A DNA stretch of 64,000 nt from the NCBI GenBank assembly GCA_963729045.1, contig CAVSMN010000010.1, positions 64,001 through 128,000 on the forward strand, in the 5' to 3' direction. Source of the stretch: an uncultured Nitrososphaeraceae archaeon (GTDB lineage: Archaea; Thermoproteota; Nitrososphaeria; Nitrososphaerales; Nitrososphaeraceae). Both the position numbers and the translations under genes were made by a program. A model generated the notes under the pieces. That model worked only from the letters and a program-made list of their open reading frames with translations, searched no databases and was not told the DNA's origin. Below, in pieces: positions 33,472-44,403 of this stretch; position 1 is the stretch's first letter, and every line of letters starts with the position of its first letter.

Positions 33472-34725
33472 TTAATCACCTTTCCCATCTATGTTTGATT
33501 CATTCAAATTTTGATAGGTTGATTTGTTATTTTCAAAAAACTTCCAAACGTAATTGGCAATTTGATTATTTTTACCTTTATCAAAATTGTTATTATCGTT
33601 GGGGTCATCCGGATTATGAAACATATTGATTAAGTCTAATGATAGATGAGTCAAAGGTTCAGAATGGAGAGATTTTAGAATTAATGAAGACATCTCTTTA
33701 TCCATGTCAAAATCTCCAGATCTATCATAAGAAAATCCAGTGGCGGAATCTTCGTCTAAAATACTCCAGTTATAATATAAAAATGAAGCCCCTAATTGTA
33801 ATAATTGTCTAGATAAGATTTTGGGATCTATATCTGCTCCACCTATTTTTAGATCAATAACAGGCTTCTTTGAGTATTGAGTAGATTCTTGTACGATATT
33901 ACCCAGTTTAGTATCCAATTCGGGATATTCTATTTGGTATTCAAATTGATGTCGTCTCTTTTCTAGCTTTATCCAATGAGTATTAACGTTTGCAGAGACT
34001 TCCGAAAGATCTACTAACAGAAATCCCTTCTCCACGTCTGAAATGGCTTCGTTATGTCCTAGATCAATGGAACCAGGATAAGCCACCATACCTTCGTTTA
34101 GAGTAGGAAATCTTTTCTCAATGTGGTCATGATAGTGACCCATAGCATAATAATCAAATCCGACTGGTAAATCATTAGAAAAAATTTCGCCTGCAAATTT
34201 GTTAAAATCATAGAGGCCTTGATGAAGAACAAGTATTTTTTTTAACCAATGATTTTGGACTGAATGTTTTTGGATGTCATTTTTCATGGTAGACTCTAAT
34301 TTTCTAAATGGTCTAATCAAACCGTTATCAATGTTGGAACGACGTTCCTTATTGAATCCATAAATTAGTAGATTTTCAATTTGAACCGGTGATTCGGGTT
34401 TGAGTCTTCTTGCTAATCCCAAATTATGAAATAGGTATGGCAGAGGTACATCATTGGACCTACTTATGTCATGCTCACCTAATACAAAAAATACTGGAAT
34501 TGATTTTTCTTTTAGTTTTTTTAATTCTCGGGCAAGCCTAATAATGGCCGCACCATTTGGTTTAGGATTATGAAATATATCACCCGCTAAAATGATAGCT
34601 TTTACGTGCTCACTAATGGATTTTTCAACGGCCTCTCCAAATACTTCGTAAAGATCTTCTTCTCGTTCTTGGAGATTGAATTGAGCATAGCCCAAATGAA
34701 TATCGGAAATATGAGATATAAGCAA
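33472..34725 (-). CDS. mre11: Mre11 nuclease
   Basis: SDIHLG, AGDIFH, GEHD, LHQG, GHYH, YPGS; adjacent to rad50. Confidence 0.95.
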   Translation of the reverse strand: MLISHISDIHLGYAQFNLQEREEDLYEVFGEAVEKSISEHVKAIILAGDIFHNPKPNGAAIIRLARELKKLKEKSIPVFFVLGEHDISRSNDVPLPYLFHNLGLARRLKPESPVQIENLLIYGFNKERRSNIDNGLIRPFRKLESTMKNDIQKHSVQNHWLKKILVLHQGLYDFNKFAGEIFSNDLPVGFDYYAMGHYHDHIEKRFPTLNEGMVAYPGSIDLGHNEAISDVEKGFLLVDLSEVSANVNTHWIKLEKRRHQFEYQIEYPELDTKLGNIVQESTQYSKKPVIDLKIGGADIDPKILSRQLLQLGASFLYYNWSILDEDSATGFSYDRSGDFDMDKEMSSLILKSLHSEPLTHLSLDLINMFHNPDDPNDNNNFDKGKNNQIANYVWKFFENNKSTYQNLNESNIDGKGD

Positions 34726-34796
34726 CTATGGTTCAAAAGATCAATGCCATATTTTATTTATTAATTGAAATCATTCTTAAAAAAATGCATCTTAAC

Positions 34797-34970
34797 TTAA
34801 CCGCCACCTGCTCCACCTCCCAATGTACCCCATTGAACTTCTTGATAATTATCAATTAACTCATTTAACAAATCATTGATATCCTTATCTTGTTGTTTTG
34901 AAGAAATATACTCGCTTAGCAGTGATTGGAGTCTCTTATAAGTAATGTCATCTATTTGTAGATTTCTCAT
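34797..34970 (-). CDS. 57-aa RHH-like microprotein with Gly-rich tail (not in the ORF track)
   Basis: MRNLQIDDITYKRLQSLLSEYISSKQQDKDINDLLNELIDNYQEVQWGTLGGGAGGG*. Confidence 0.65.
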   Translation of the reverse strand: MRNLQIDDITYKRLQSLLSEYISSKQQDKDINDLLNELIDNYQEVQWGTLGGGAGGG

Positions 34971-35072
34971 TTCTACCTAGACTATCATGAGAATTTAATT
35001 ATAGATATAGATTTGCACCTGTGTTCAAAGAAAGATTTAACAGTAATACGATTTACCTTAAAATCATAAATA

Positions 35073-35411
35073 ATGTCGATTAATTATCCTACGGAGATTT
35101 TTTCGAACACACTTGGAAGAAAGTTTCTCCTAAATATACTAAGATTTGATAACGGTTATTTTATTTCAATATCAGAGAATGAATCAAAGCTTGGATCTAT
35201 ATCGGTATCTTTAGCTGTGACAAACAAATCAAATACGGCCAGAGTGATTCAAGACAAGAATGATCAATTATTCATTGACACCCTTTCTACCAGAATTTCC
35301 TTGATGAAAAATGGAATCTGCATAATATCAATGTTCACAAAAAATAAATTACATTTAGATGACATGAAAGTAATTAATGAAAAGATCCTTTCGGCAATAG
35401 AGGAGAAGTAA
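35073..35411 (+). CDS. Conserved hypothetical protein, possibly proteasome assembly chaperone 4-like
   Basis: RFDNGYFISISE...KLGSISVS; stop codon abuts the ubiD ATG. Confidence 0.55.
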   Translation: MSINYPTEIFSNTLGRKFLLNILRFDNGYFISISENESKLGSISVSLAVTNKSNTARVIQDKNDQLFIDTLSTRISLMKNGICIISMFTKNKLHLDDMKVINEKILSAIEEK

Positions 35412-36882
35412 ATGGTAAAAAAAGAACAAAACAACAAGGATCGAAAGGTTATTTTGAAGAACAACAATTCTAGTAACTCTTCAAAGTCCAAACAAAAGAA
35501 TGTTGAAAATAACATCAGAAAAGATGACTCAGAATTAAAGCATGAATATGATTTAAGAAGCTTTTTATCAAACCTCGAGAAAAGAGGCGAATTAATAACA
35601 ATACACAAGAAAGTAAAAAAGAAGTTTGAACTTGCTGCAATAATAAGTAAATTCGATAAGAAAGAGGCGGTAATGTTTACCAACGTCGACGAATCTAAAT
35701 TCAAAGTTGTTTCAAATATCTTGGGAACTAGGGAACGCTTTTTTTATGGGATTGAGTCTTCAACCCCAACTAGCAAAATCGATTTATCTAACTTAGGAAA
35801 CATTGGATCAGAATATTATCCAAAAGAATTTTCAAATGATGCACTATTTAATAATAATAGTACTAGAAATCTTTATGATCTTCCAATCATAAGTCATTTT
35901 GAAAAAGATGCGGGCCCATTTATCACCTCATCTACAGTATATGTAAAAGACCAAGAGAATGGAAATCAAAATTCTTCAGTTCACAGAATGTTACTGCTTA
36001 ATAATAGCCAAATGGTAATAAGAATGGTAGAGGGCAGGCATCTTCATAAATGCTTCGTTTACGCTAAAGAGCATAAAGAAGATTTGAAAATTAATGTTGT
36101 AGTTGGAGTGCATCCAGCTCTAAATATTGCAGCAGCATATCAAGCAGCATATGGAATTGATGAAATTGCAATTGCAAATTATCTCTTGAATGGAAATCTA
36201 AAGCTTGCAAAGAATGATTATTCTGATTTAATGATACCAAAGCACAGCGAAATAGTAATAGAAGGCAAGATACTTCATGACGAAGTATCCGAAGAATGGA
36301 TGGTCGAGATGCTGAGGACATATGACTTTAAACGAAAACAACCAGTTTTTGAAATTAATAAAATTTGGTACAGGGATAATCCCATATATTATGATATATT
36401 GCCTGGATACACAGAACACAGGTTATTAATGGGATTGCCCATCGAAGCCAAAATTTTTAGTTACGTTAAGAATACTGTTCCCTCTACTAGAACTGGTACA
36501 CTTATCCGATGGAGGGAGTAACTGGTTAACCGCAATCGTACAAATTAAGAAGAGACTAGAGGGTGAACCAAAAAATGCAATTTTAACTGCATTTGCAGCA
36601 CACCCGTCTCTTAAGACTGCAATTATAGTTGATGAAGATATTAATCCCTGGAATCCTGTAGAAGTTGATTATGCCGTTTCAACTAGAACCCAAGCGGATA
36701 AAGATTTTCTAATAATAACAAATGCAAAGGGTTCAAGTTTAGATCCCTCCAGTGATCAAACCAATCTATTAACTACAAAATTGGGAATAGACGCTACGAT
36801 TTCTCTTCTCAAAGATAAAGAGAGATTTGAGATTGCTAAAATACCTGGTGCGGATAATATCGATATCAAAAAGTATGTATAA
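35412..36882 (+). CDS. ubiD: UbiD-family decarboxylase, probable anhydromevalonate phosphate decarboxylase; +1 frameshift near 36491
   Basis: DLRSFL, FEKDAGPFIT, SVHRM, EIVIEG, EHRLLMG; after the shift LSDGGSNW, IVDEDI, KGSSLDPS, KLGIDAT. Confidence 0.9.
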
Positions 36883-37010
36883 AAAGAAAAAGATAGTTAC
36901 ATAAAATCATGAAGTTCTAAATCTGTGTATTCTTAGACAGAAATCTTTTGGCAGAGATTAATTCAAAAGGATCAGAAGTACTCTAAATTAAGCAAGAATG
37001 AAAAAGAAAT

Positions 37011-37469
37011 TTAGAAAATCTGCATTATAAGAACAGATAGAATCGCACCATACAATAAGTGGCCAATTAAACTTGTGATGGACGGACCAAGTCCTAATGG
37101 ATGTTTAAATGGATCAATTCCGGTTATGGGTTTGTGAATTGGCAGTAGCGTTAGAACCCATAAAACTAGACCATATATGATGCCTACGAAAAACACCATA
37201 GTGCTTAAGAATGGAACCAAAGTCAGTAAAAAATAAAATCCAATTCCCCCCAATCCGCCATTTACAAAATGAAGAAAAAAAAGTCCAGGAAAATTAATCT
37301 GCGTTCCATCAGTTCTAAAAAATTTGCTATATAACACCTGATTTTCATGCCATTCAAGAACCCCTTCTAGTCCCCACTTTCTCCAAAAAGGAAATTCGAA
37401 AATAGACATCATCAGTGTAGAAAATAATCCAGCCAGTAAACTTAAAAACATGGAATAATATTCCACCAT
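37011..37469 (-). CDS. Four-TM membrane protein
   Basis: AGLFSTLMMS, LHFVNG, GIIYGLVLW, LIGHLLYG. Confidence 0.75.
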   Translation of the reverse strand: MVEYYSMFLSLLAGLFSTLMMSIFEFPFWRKWGLEGVLEWHENQVLYSKFFRTDGTQINFPGLFFLHFVNGGLGGIGFYFLLTLVPFLSTMVFFVGIIYGLVLWVLTLLPIHKPITGIDPFKHPLGLGPSITSLIGHLLYGAILSVLIMQIF

Positions 37470-37700
37470 GCGGTTATACCCAGGTTATATGGAATATAAT
37501 GTATTATCTGAATTGCAAATTAGTTGGCATTAGATAGAAAACAGAGGATTCTAGGAAACAAGTAGACTCCGGTAATTATCATTTTAGCATTGTAAGACAT
37601 ATGGTCTGAATATTATATTGAACCTCAAGCCAAAATATCAAGAGGTCTTATGTTAATATGCATCGGCAAAGAGAACCTGCCTTTATCAATCAGCCAGCCC

Positions 37701-37730
37701 ATCTCATCTCATCTCATCTTATCTTATCTC
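37701..37730. repeat. Pentanucleotide microsatellite (ATCTY)x6
   Basis: atctc atctc atctc atctt atctt atctc. Confidence 0.7.
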
Positions 37731-38090
37731 ACCAAAACAAATCATGGAGAAATGTTTGATATTCCATCGGAATCAAACGCACCTACAAAAATCACATGTC
37801 TTTGTTTGACAAGTCTCTACAAATTATCACCTATATGGTATTTACAGCAGAAATGATTCACAATCAGAACTTTAATACATCTATGGGCTTTCAAATATAC
37901 AAATTATTGATTGCTTGCGGGCTTTATAGAAGGATTGAATCCATATAACCTTAGCAAAATCAAGTTTTAACCAATCAAGTATCAACTAAAGTAATATCAA
38001 AAACAATAGCAGAAGCAAAAAACTGTATCATAGGTGAACAAATATGAGAGTAATATAGAAGAATAAATACTAGGAAATTAATAGTTTAGT

Positions 38091-38294
38091 ATGAACCGCC
38101 TGATAGTCGAATCCTACACCAACTCGACAATAAACACAATTTTAGATGACATATCTAAAAAGTATCAAATCGATACATCCAAAGAGCAGCTTGATGAGGA
38201 TATTCCGATTAATGAAATTAAATTCAAATATAGAACTTATTCTGAAGTGGTTAAAATGCTCTACAAGAGTGCAGGCGTAGTCAACGCAATTTAG
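38091..38294 (+). CDS. Small hypothetical protein
   Basis: 67-aa ORF. Confidence 0.5.
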   Translation: MNRLIVESYTNSTINTILDDISKKYQIDTSKEQLDEDIPINEIKFKYRTYSEVVKMLYKSAGVVNAI

Positions 38295-38449
38295 GTTCTA
38301 ACTTTCATTAGTTTTATATGACCAGTAGTACAGGCTTCTGAACCTTCTTCATGTTCGTGCAAAAGCTTTTTTGCATTTTCCTCAGGTAATTTTTCTGTTG
38401 AAATATAACCACATTTTTCACAAATAACAATATAGCTCCAGCCAACCAA
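38291..38449 (-). CDS. 52-aa Cys/His metal-binding microprotein (not in the ORF track)
   Basis: TTG start; MVGWSYIVICEKCGYISTEKLPEENAKKLLHEHEEGSEACTTGHIKLMKVRT*. Confidence 0.6.
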   Translation of the reverse strand: MVGWSYIVICEKCGYISTEKLPEENAKKLLHEHEEGSEACTTGHIKLMKVRT

Positions 38450-38760
38450 ATAGATTTCATTGTAGTTATTAGCCTTCGATATTTATCTATATGTGCAAAT
38501 TACCAGATAAGAATCTGGATGATTACCACATTCATGATTTGAAAAAGAAAATACAATTTAAACCAAAAGAATAGGGATTAAAAATTTTGGAAATCTTTGT
38601 AAATCAGAATTCATTTTTTTGAACTGGATAATAAATAATGACCTTTTGATTGAAAATGATAGAGGGAATAGAATTACAAAAGACAGTGGTTTCAATTTAA
38701 TCGAGTTTTGAATCAATAGATGATAAAATCTTAAATAGAGATTTGAGTCTGCTATGTGTA

Positions 38761-39413
38761 ATGAGTTGCAAAGATAGTTTTATTCGATATCCCCTACTTA
38801 TTGTCACAATAATTATAGGAACAGGGATAGTATTGATATTTCAAAATTCAACTGTAATAGAAGCAGATGCGACAACCTTAACACAAGATAATTCAAACAT
38901 CACCACTTCCACTTCCACTTCCACTTCACTCTACCAACGGGACGGCCACTACATCTACTTTGAATAATACATTCCATCATGATTCTGTCCGGGAAATTAA
39001 TAAACTAACATCGGCATTTGGATTACCATTTTATGAACTAACGGATGCCAAAGATACAGGTAAAGAAGTACTGAAATATTGATCCGCAACAAACCAAGGA
39101 CTCTTACATAGCTCAGGGCAATATGAAAGGAATAGGCAATGTTACTGAATATGGTACATATATATCAACTTATTCATCACCTGAAATTAGCAGCATTGGT
39201 AAAGGGATGATAGTTCAAAATGATAATGTAGCAACATTTACTGCTGAGGATACTGGGAAATATGACAGCGACGGGAATTTACTATTGAAAGGAACTATGT
39301 TCTTCCAATCGGATGATAAGAAAATGGAAAACATTGATGGAAAGGTAGGGCTTTATCTTTACTGGAAAGATACTAACGGTACCGACTGGACAAAAACATG
39401 GTTATGGAAATAG
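38761..39413 (+). CDS. Secreted beta-rich hypothetical protein, multiply frameshifted between ~38930 and 39080
   Basis: Signal-like LLIVTIIIGTGIVLIF, (CACTTC)x4 Thr-Ser linker, middle fragment FGLPFYELTDAKDTG, C-terminal ORF 39123-39413. Confidence 0.55.
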
Positions 39414-39969
39414 ACAAAGTTACTGACAAGATATTTGAGTTTATAGAAAGATGGAGTCTAAAGACAACTAATACAATTTTTTTATTTCTAGTTAATAAAA
39501 CCAATCGATTTCTTTTAGATTATCTTAATTAGTAGGTTTGGTGATCTAAATAATTATGTGATAAACTATGAATGCAAAAATGGGTTCTCGTTTAATAATT
39601 TCAAATCTCTTTATGAAATAATGTCGAGGATGATCAAAGAGTTATTATCATCTTTTTAAAAACAAATTCTCAACAAGTTGTAATTTATCCTATTATACTA
39701 TATTTATGATAATCAAAGTAATGCCATCTTGAGCTCGATATCAAAAATTGGGCAATCGTCTAGTAAAATTAGTAATATGATTTTTTGGTGGTAGGTGCTA
39801 GACATATTTTACATTTTACATTTTTGTGGATATCATATGAAATTAAGTTTCTGGAGCGGTGCTTTTCATCAGGATCAAAATTGTATAATGTATAAGTACA
39901 TCACAAAATAGTGCATACGATTACACGAGAAACGCCCTGGTTATGTATATCTTTTTTTCTAAAGTTCAT

Positions 39970-40996
39970 ATGGAAAGCATAGACCTCGCAAAAATAATTC
40001 CTCGCAAAAAGACCCTGCAAGCATTATCAATGATAATGTTACTTTCTTTTTCATCTGCAATTGTCTCGGGTTTCAACTTAGAAAATAGAATAACCATGGC
40101 AAGTCAACAAACCCAAAAAACAAAAGAATTTACATTAATAGCAGAAGAAACAACCCTAAACATCTCTCCGAGCAAAAGAATTAATGCATGGACCTATAAT
40201 GGTACCATTCCTGGTCCGACTATTCGTGTTACCGAAGGAGATAAAGTTGTTGTGCATTTCATAAACAATCTAAAGATATCATACACAGTTCACTTTCATG
40301 GTGGTCATAATGGAACGGTGGATGGAGTTTTTGAAATAGTTCCTCCAAATCAAACATTTACGTACGAGTTTATAACTACTCCGGCTGGTGCTTTGATGTA
40401 TCATTGCCACGTCATGCCAGTGGTTGAACACGTAAGAATGGGGCTATACGGAGCATTTATTATGGATCCCAAAGTTCCTTTACCTCCAGCAAAGGAATTT
40501 TTGCTTGTATTTGGAGATTATGATTCGACCAATATACTCACCAATGATCCAGAAAGCACTGTTTTTCAATGGATATGAAAACATTCACTATGATAATCCC
40601 CTTCCAGTATATGAAAATGAAACAGCAAGAGTTTATTTAATAAATTTGGCTCAACTTCCCGCATACGGATATCATGTGCATGGAACGTTATTTAAGACGT
40701 GGATTTCTGGAATTCTTATGAATGATCCTATTTATACTCAAACTTGGGCTACTGCATCAGGTGATGCGGCGGTTTTTGAATTGAAATGGCCTTGGACTGG
40801 AAATTTTCTCTTTCATATGCATGGAATTCCTGAGGAACGAGGATCTATGGGATATTTCAATGTCTCCTTGCCAAATGAAAACATGGTAGACGGAAAAGAT
40901 ATAGCGATTACAAAGTCAGTCAGCATGATAGACTGGCAACAGAATCTGACAAAAACGCTGCAAAACGCTACTGCCATAACAAATCAAACAAAATAA
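39970..40996 (+). CDS. Two-domain multicopper oxidase (NirK-like fold), exported; +1 frameshift near 40558
   Basis: WTYNGTIPGPTIRVTEGD, VHFHG, YHCHVMPVVEHVRMGLYG, YHVHG, FHMHG. Confidence 0.88.
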
Positions 40997-41511
40997 TTTT
41001 TCTTTTTATTAAGATGAAATTAACATAAGATTTATTCCATTACTGCAATAAATAGATATTATTCATAAAAGACATAAAACACAGGAGATCACTAATTTGA
41101 CAATAGAAAGGAAGAGACAGACAGAGAGAGAAGAAAATGATAAAGGTATGATGTCGATAAGAATTATTCAAAATTGAAATTACCATTTATTATCCAATTA
41201 CAATAGCAATAAATGGTATTGATTGTCATAATAAATAGCATGTCAAACAATATACTAATACTTTCTGAACGCTAATGATTTTTTCACGAATTTCTATTCC
41301 CTAAATTTTCATAAATAATATGCAGTTAGAGGTAGCATCGCTAAAAGAATGAGAAAAATTTTGTAGAATAATTAATAATTACTAAAACATTAGTATGCTA
41401 TTAGTAAAATAATCACAAAAAAAAATAAAATATTGATCATCCTTTTGTAATAAGAAAGCTAGATAACTATTTGAAGCAAGTGGTAAATATCATATCTTTT
41501 CATTGGAAAAC

Positions 41512-41835
41512 ATGGGTAAATTAATTACTGGAATTCTTTCAGTTTTTATAGTAACAGGCATATTGGGTGTTTATATCCCAAATGCTTTGGCAACACTAGG
41601 CACACCATTGGAAATTTGTAGTGGAAATAGTGCAGCAGGCCAAGCAGGTAATAGTGCTGCTGAACAGGAAACAGAACTAGGACAGAGCGGTGACACAGGA
41701 GCACAATCTGTTTCGCCAGAATTTAATGCGTTAACAGGAAATAACCTTGGTGTTGAAGCACATCAAAATGGTGAATGCATACCAACTTTTGAACAACCAC
41801 CCACCGATTCAACAGTACCAACTCCTCGAAATTAA
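41512..41835 (+). CDS. Secreted Gln/Gly/Asn-rich small protein (family member 1)
   Basis: Signal peptide ending ALA; AAEQETELGQSGDTGAQSVSPEFNALTGNNLGVEAHQNG. Confidence 0.7.
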   Translation: MGKLITGILSVFIVTGILGVYIPNALATLGTPLEICSGNSAAGQAGNSAAEQETELGQSGDTGAQSVSPEFNALTGNNLGVEAHQNGECIPTFEQPPTDSTVPTPRN

Positions 41836-42037
41836 AGAGATAGATTAAGGCACAAAGCCAACTCATTTAATAAATGCGCCCAATCTTCTTTTTTTCTTTT
41901 TTTGTATCAATTACTAAATCAATTCTAAAGAATATAGTTGGATATTCATAACTTGCCAACATACCAATAATGGGATTAAAGATCTCAATTATTCTAACAC
42001 AACATGTTTTAAAAGATGTGAAAGAGATATGTGAACA

Positions 42038-42448
42038 ATGATAAATATTTGGAAAAAAATATTTGATGAAATAGATGTTCCAACCAATAGCAGAATAATT
42101 TCAGAGGATAAAGATAAATCAATAATCGAAAGAGAAAGCAGCTGGACAGGCAACATTAAAGGAATAGATTCGTTTCCAAATGGTACTGTAGAGGGTCATG
42201 GGCGTTCAGTTATTTTTGAAAATGGTGTCTCCATATCCAACTGGCAAGGTATTTTGACCATAGAAAACGGGCAAGAAATATCCTTTGTTGGAAAAGATAC
42301 AAGCAAGAATGGCAAATACTATGTACTAAGAACGTACTTTACTCACAATGAAGAGCTAAAAGATCTTGACGGCATGGTTTGTTTCTTAGACGGAGTATTT
42401 GATTCCAAAAACAAATCATATACTTGTAGTGGATACAGATTAATCTAG
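42038..42448 (+). CDS. Beta-rich hypothetical protein, loosely similar to 39123-39413
   Basis: GNIKGI...QGILTIENG...LKDLDGMV. Confidence 0.65.
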   Translation: MINIWKKIFDEIDVPTNSRIISEDKDKSIIERESSWTGNIKGIDSFPNGTVEGHGRSVIFENGVSISNWQGILTIENGQEISFVGKDTSKNGKYYVLRTYFTHNEELKDLDGMVCFLDGVFDSKNKSYTCSGYRLI

Positions 42449-42673
42449 AAATGCACCTGAGTTGCAGCTTCACTCGTGTGATGACGACAGCAGGTATTCT
42501 ATATTATTATCTAGATCAATAAATAATCTCAAGGTAAGCAAGTGTTTGACAAATTAATGCTCAAATAATGAACGTTTTTTTTCTGATTATTTGTCTTGAC
42601 TTTTATCGTCTTTGCTATCTCAAGATCAAGAAATTATCATCGTATTAGCAATTCTAGACCGGTCTGAATCACA

Positions 42674-42814
42674 TCATAATGTAAAATTAGGACAATTACA
42701 TCCCTCAACCTTGCAAAAAGGTGGAGCATTGCCCATACCCATGGCTACATGAACGGATTTCGGATGGTTGCATACTTTACATGTTACAAAATCTTCAGGT
42801 CTACTAATGCTCAT
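42674..42814 (-). CDS. 46-aa Cys/His-rich microprotein (not in the ORF track)
   Basis: MSISRPEDFVTCKVCNHPKSVHVAMGMGNAPPFCKVEGCNCPNFTL*; TTTTATAA box about 22 nt upstream. Confidence 0.7.
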   Translation of the reverse strand: MSISRPEDFVTCKVCNHPKSVHVAMGMGNAPPFCKVEGCNCPNFTL

Positions 42815-42942
42815 GTATATTGATTAGTTATTATTTTATAAAAAGCATAACTATTTCAGGTATAATCTACCAAGTCTATTAACCATAAATTGTGGTGCAG
42901 ATCAATAAACCACAAAAAAAATATGGTTGTTCTTGTGTTCTC

Positions 42943-43317
42943 CTATCTATTTTCCTGGTATAGCCCGAACATGTTGCCCTCACTATCTAAATATATTTCA
43001 TAATACCCCATATTCGGGATTTCTGTTTTTGGTACAATGATCTTACCTCCTGCCTGTTCAATTTTTTGCATATATTCCGCTATTGAATTAACAGTAATGT
43101 AATTAGTAACTTTGTGTTCCTGAGATTGTCTTTTCATCATTCCTCCACTCAATCCTTTGTTCCCATTCTCATCTTTTGTCTCAACAAACCAGTAATCTTT
43201 ATCAGGGTTTTCAGGATTTCCCCACTTCTCCATTTCCCATCCAAATACCTCTTTATAGAATTTCCTTGCCCTTTCTACATCACCAGCAGGAAATTCAAAG
43301 TGTTGGATATTAGGCAT
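42943..43317 (-). CDS. VOC/glyoxalase family protein
   Basis: HFEFPAGDVERARKFYKEVFGW, GGMMKR, DSEGNMFGL. Confidence 0.92.
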   Translation of the reverse strand: MPNIQHFEFPAGDVERARKFYKEVFGWEMEKWGNPENPDKDYWFVETKDENGNKGLSGGMMKRQSQEHKVTNYITVNSIAEYMQKIEQAGGKIIVPKTEIPNMGYYEIYLDSEGNMFGLYQENR

Positions 43318-43875
43318 TGTAGTCCTGTCTCATTTACCATCGACATTGTAATTTTCTTTTTATGTAATGAAGAATTGTTCAAGTAATTTTTACAAAATCA
43401 ATACTATAAAAATTAGTATGGGATCAAAGGTATAGCAATTAGAATAATACAAATTCCCATGCATCATAACATTCCCCAACACCTACTCAAAGATCTTGAA
43501 GTTAGCTTTGTTCCAGATGGTTTATGTTCAAACCAATTCATTGAGCTTCCTTATTTATTTTAGTTTTTTACATAAAATACTAAAAGGGAATATACTATAG
43601 GACTAGTTTAAAAAAAATTTGCTCGATAAGTCGGGTAAATATCAAATTCCAAGATTAGATCCTCTCCTCAATCTTTTTATTCCGTTATGTTGTTTTCTTT
43701 CAGGAAAAAGGACCTTTAGGTGTCATCGCCGAACTTTTCAAACACCATCAAAAGGGTCTAGCTTGGATGATTCCTTATTGGAAATATTCTCTCAACAATA
43801 TTTTATTGAGTTGAGTATACATTGTGAAAATTATATGACAAACGAAATTTTAAGATGTAAAGTATATGATACTCT

Positions 43876-44403
43876 ATGGAAAATGTAAATCCTATTCCAA
43901 CTGGATACGACAGAATAATTCCTCATATTTTTGTGCCTGATTCTGCAGCTGCCATCGAATTTTATACTAAAGTATTTGGTGCAGTTGAAGAGTACCGTCA
44001 TTCGATTCCTGGAGATAAGAGTAAAGGAAATAAAGAAAAGATTGTTCATGCGGTGATAAACATAGGAAAGTCAAAAATCATGCTGGCTGATGAATTTCCA
44101 GAAATGTGTAATGAACACGTCAAGGTGGGCGAAAAAATAGGGGCACCTAGTACGATAGGAGGTAATTCAGTATTTCTTAACATGTATTTTGAGAATGTTG
44201 ATGATATCTTTGAAAGAGCTAAAATGGAGGGAGCAACTGTGATTATGCCTTTAACGGACGCGTTTTGGGGAGATAGATATGGTCAATTTAAAGATCCATT
44301 TGGACATATTTGGGAAGTTGCCACGCACAAAAAAGATATGACAAACAAGGAATTAGAAAATGCAGCTAAAGAATTCTTTGAAAAAATGGGAAATATGAGC
44401 TAA
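43876..44403 (+). CDS. VOC family protein, PhnB-like
   Basis: AAAIEFYTKVFGA, IMLADEFPE, DAFWGDRYGQFKDPFGHIW. Confidence 0.92.
   Translation: MENVNPIPTGYDRIIPHIFVPDSAAAIEFYTKVFGAVEEYRHSIPGDKSKGNKEKIVHAVINIGKSKIMLADEFPEMCNEHVKVGEKIGAPSTIGGNSVFLNMYFENVDDIFERAKMEGATVIMPLTDAFWGDRYGQFKDPFGHIWEVATHKKDMTNKELENAAKEFFEKMGNMS

Noticed and set aside
39970..40996. Calling the MCO nirK
   Set aside because: Both domains carry HxH motifs of a trinuclear site, and the NirK catalytic Asp is replaced by His (VHFH)
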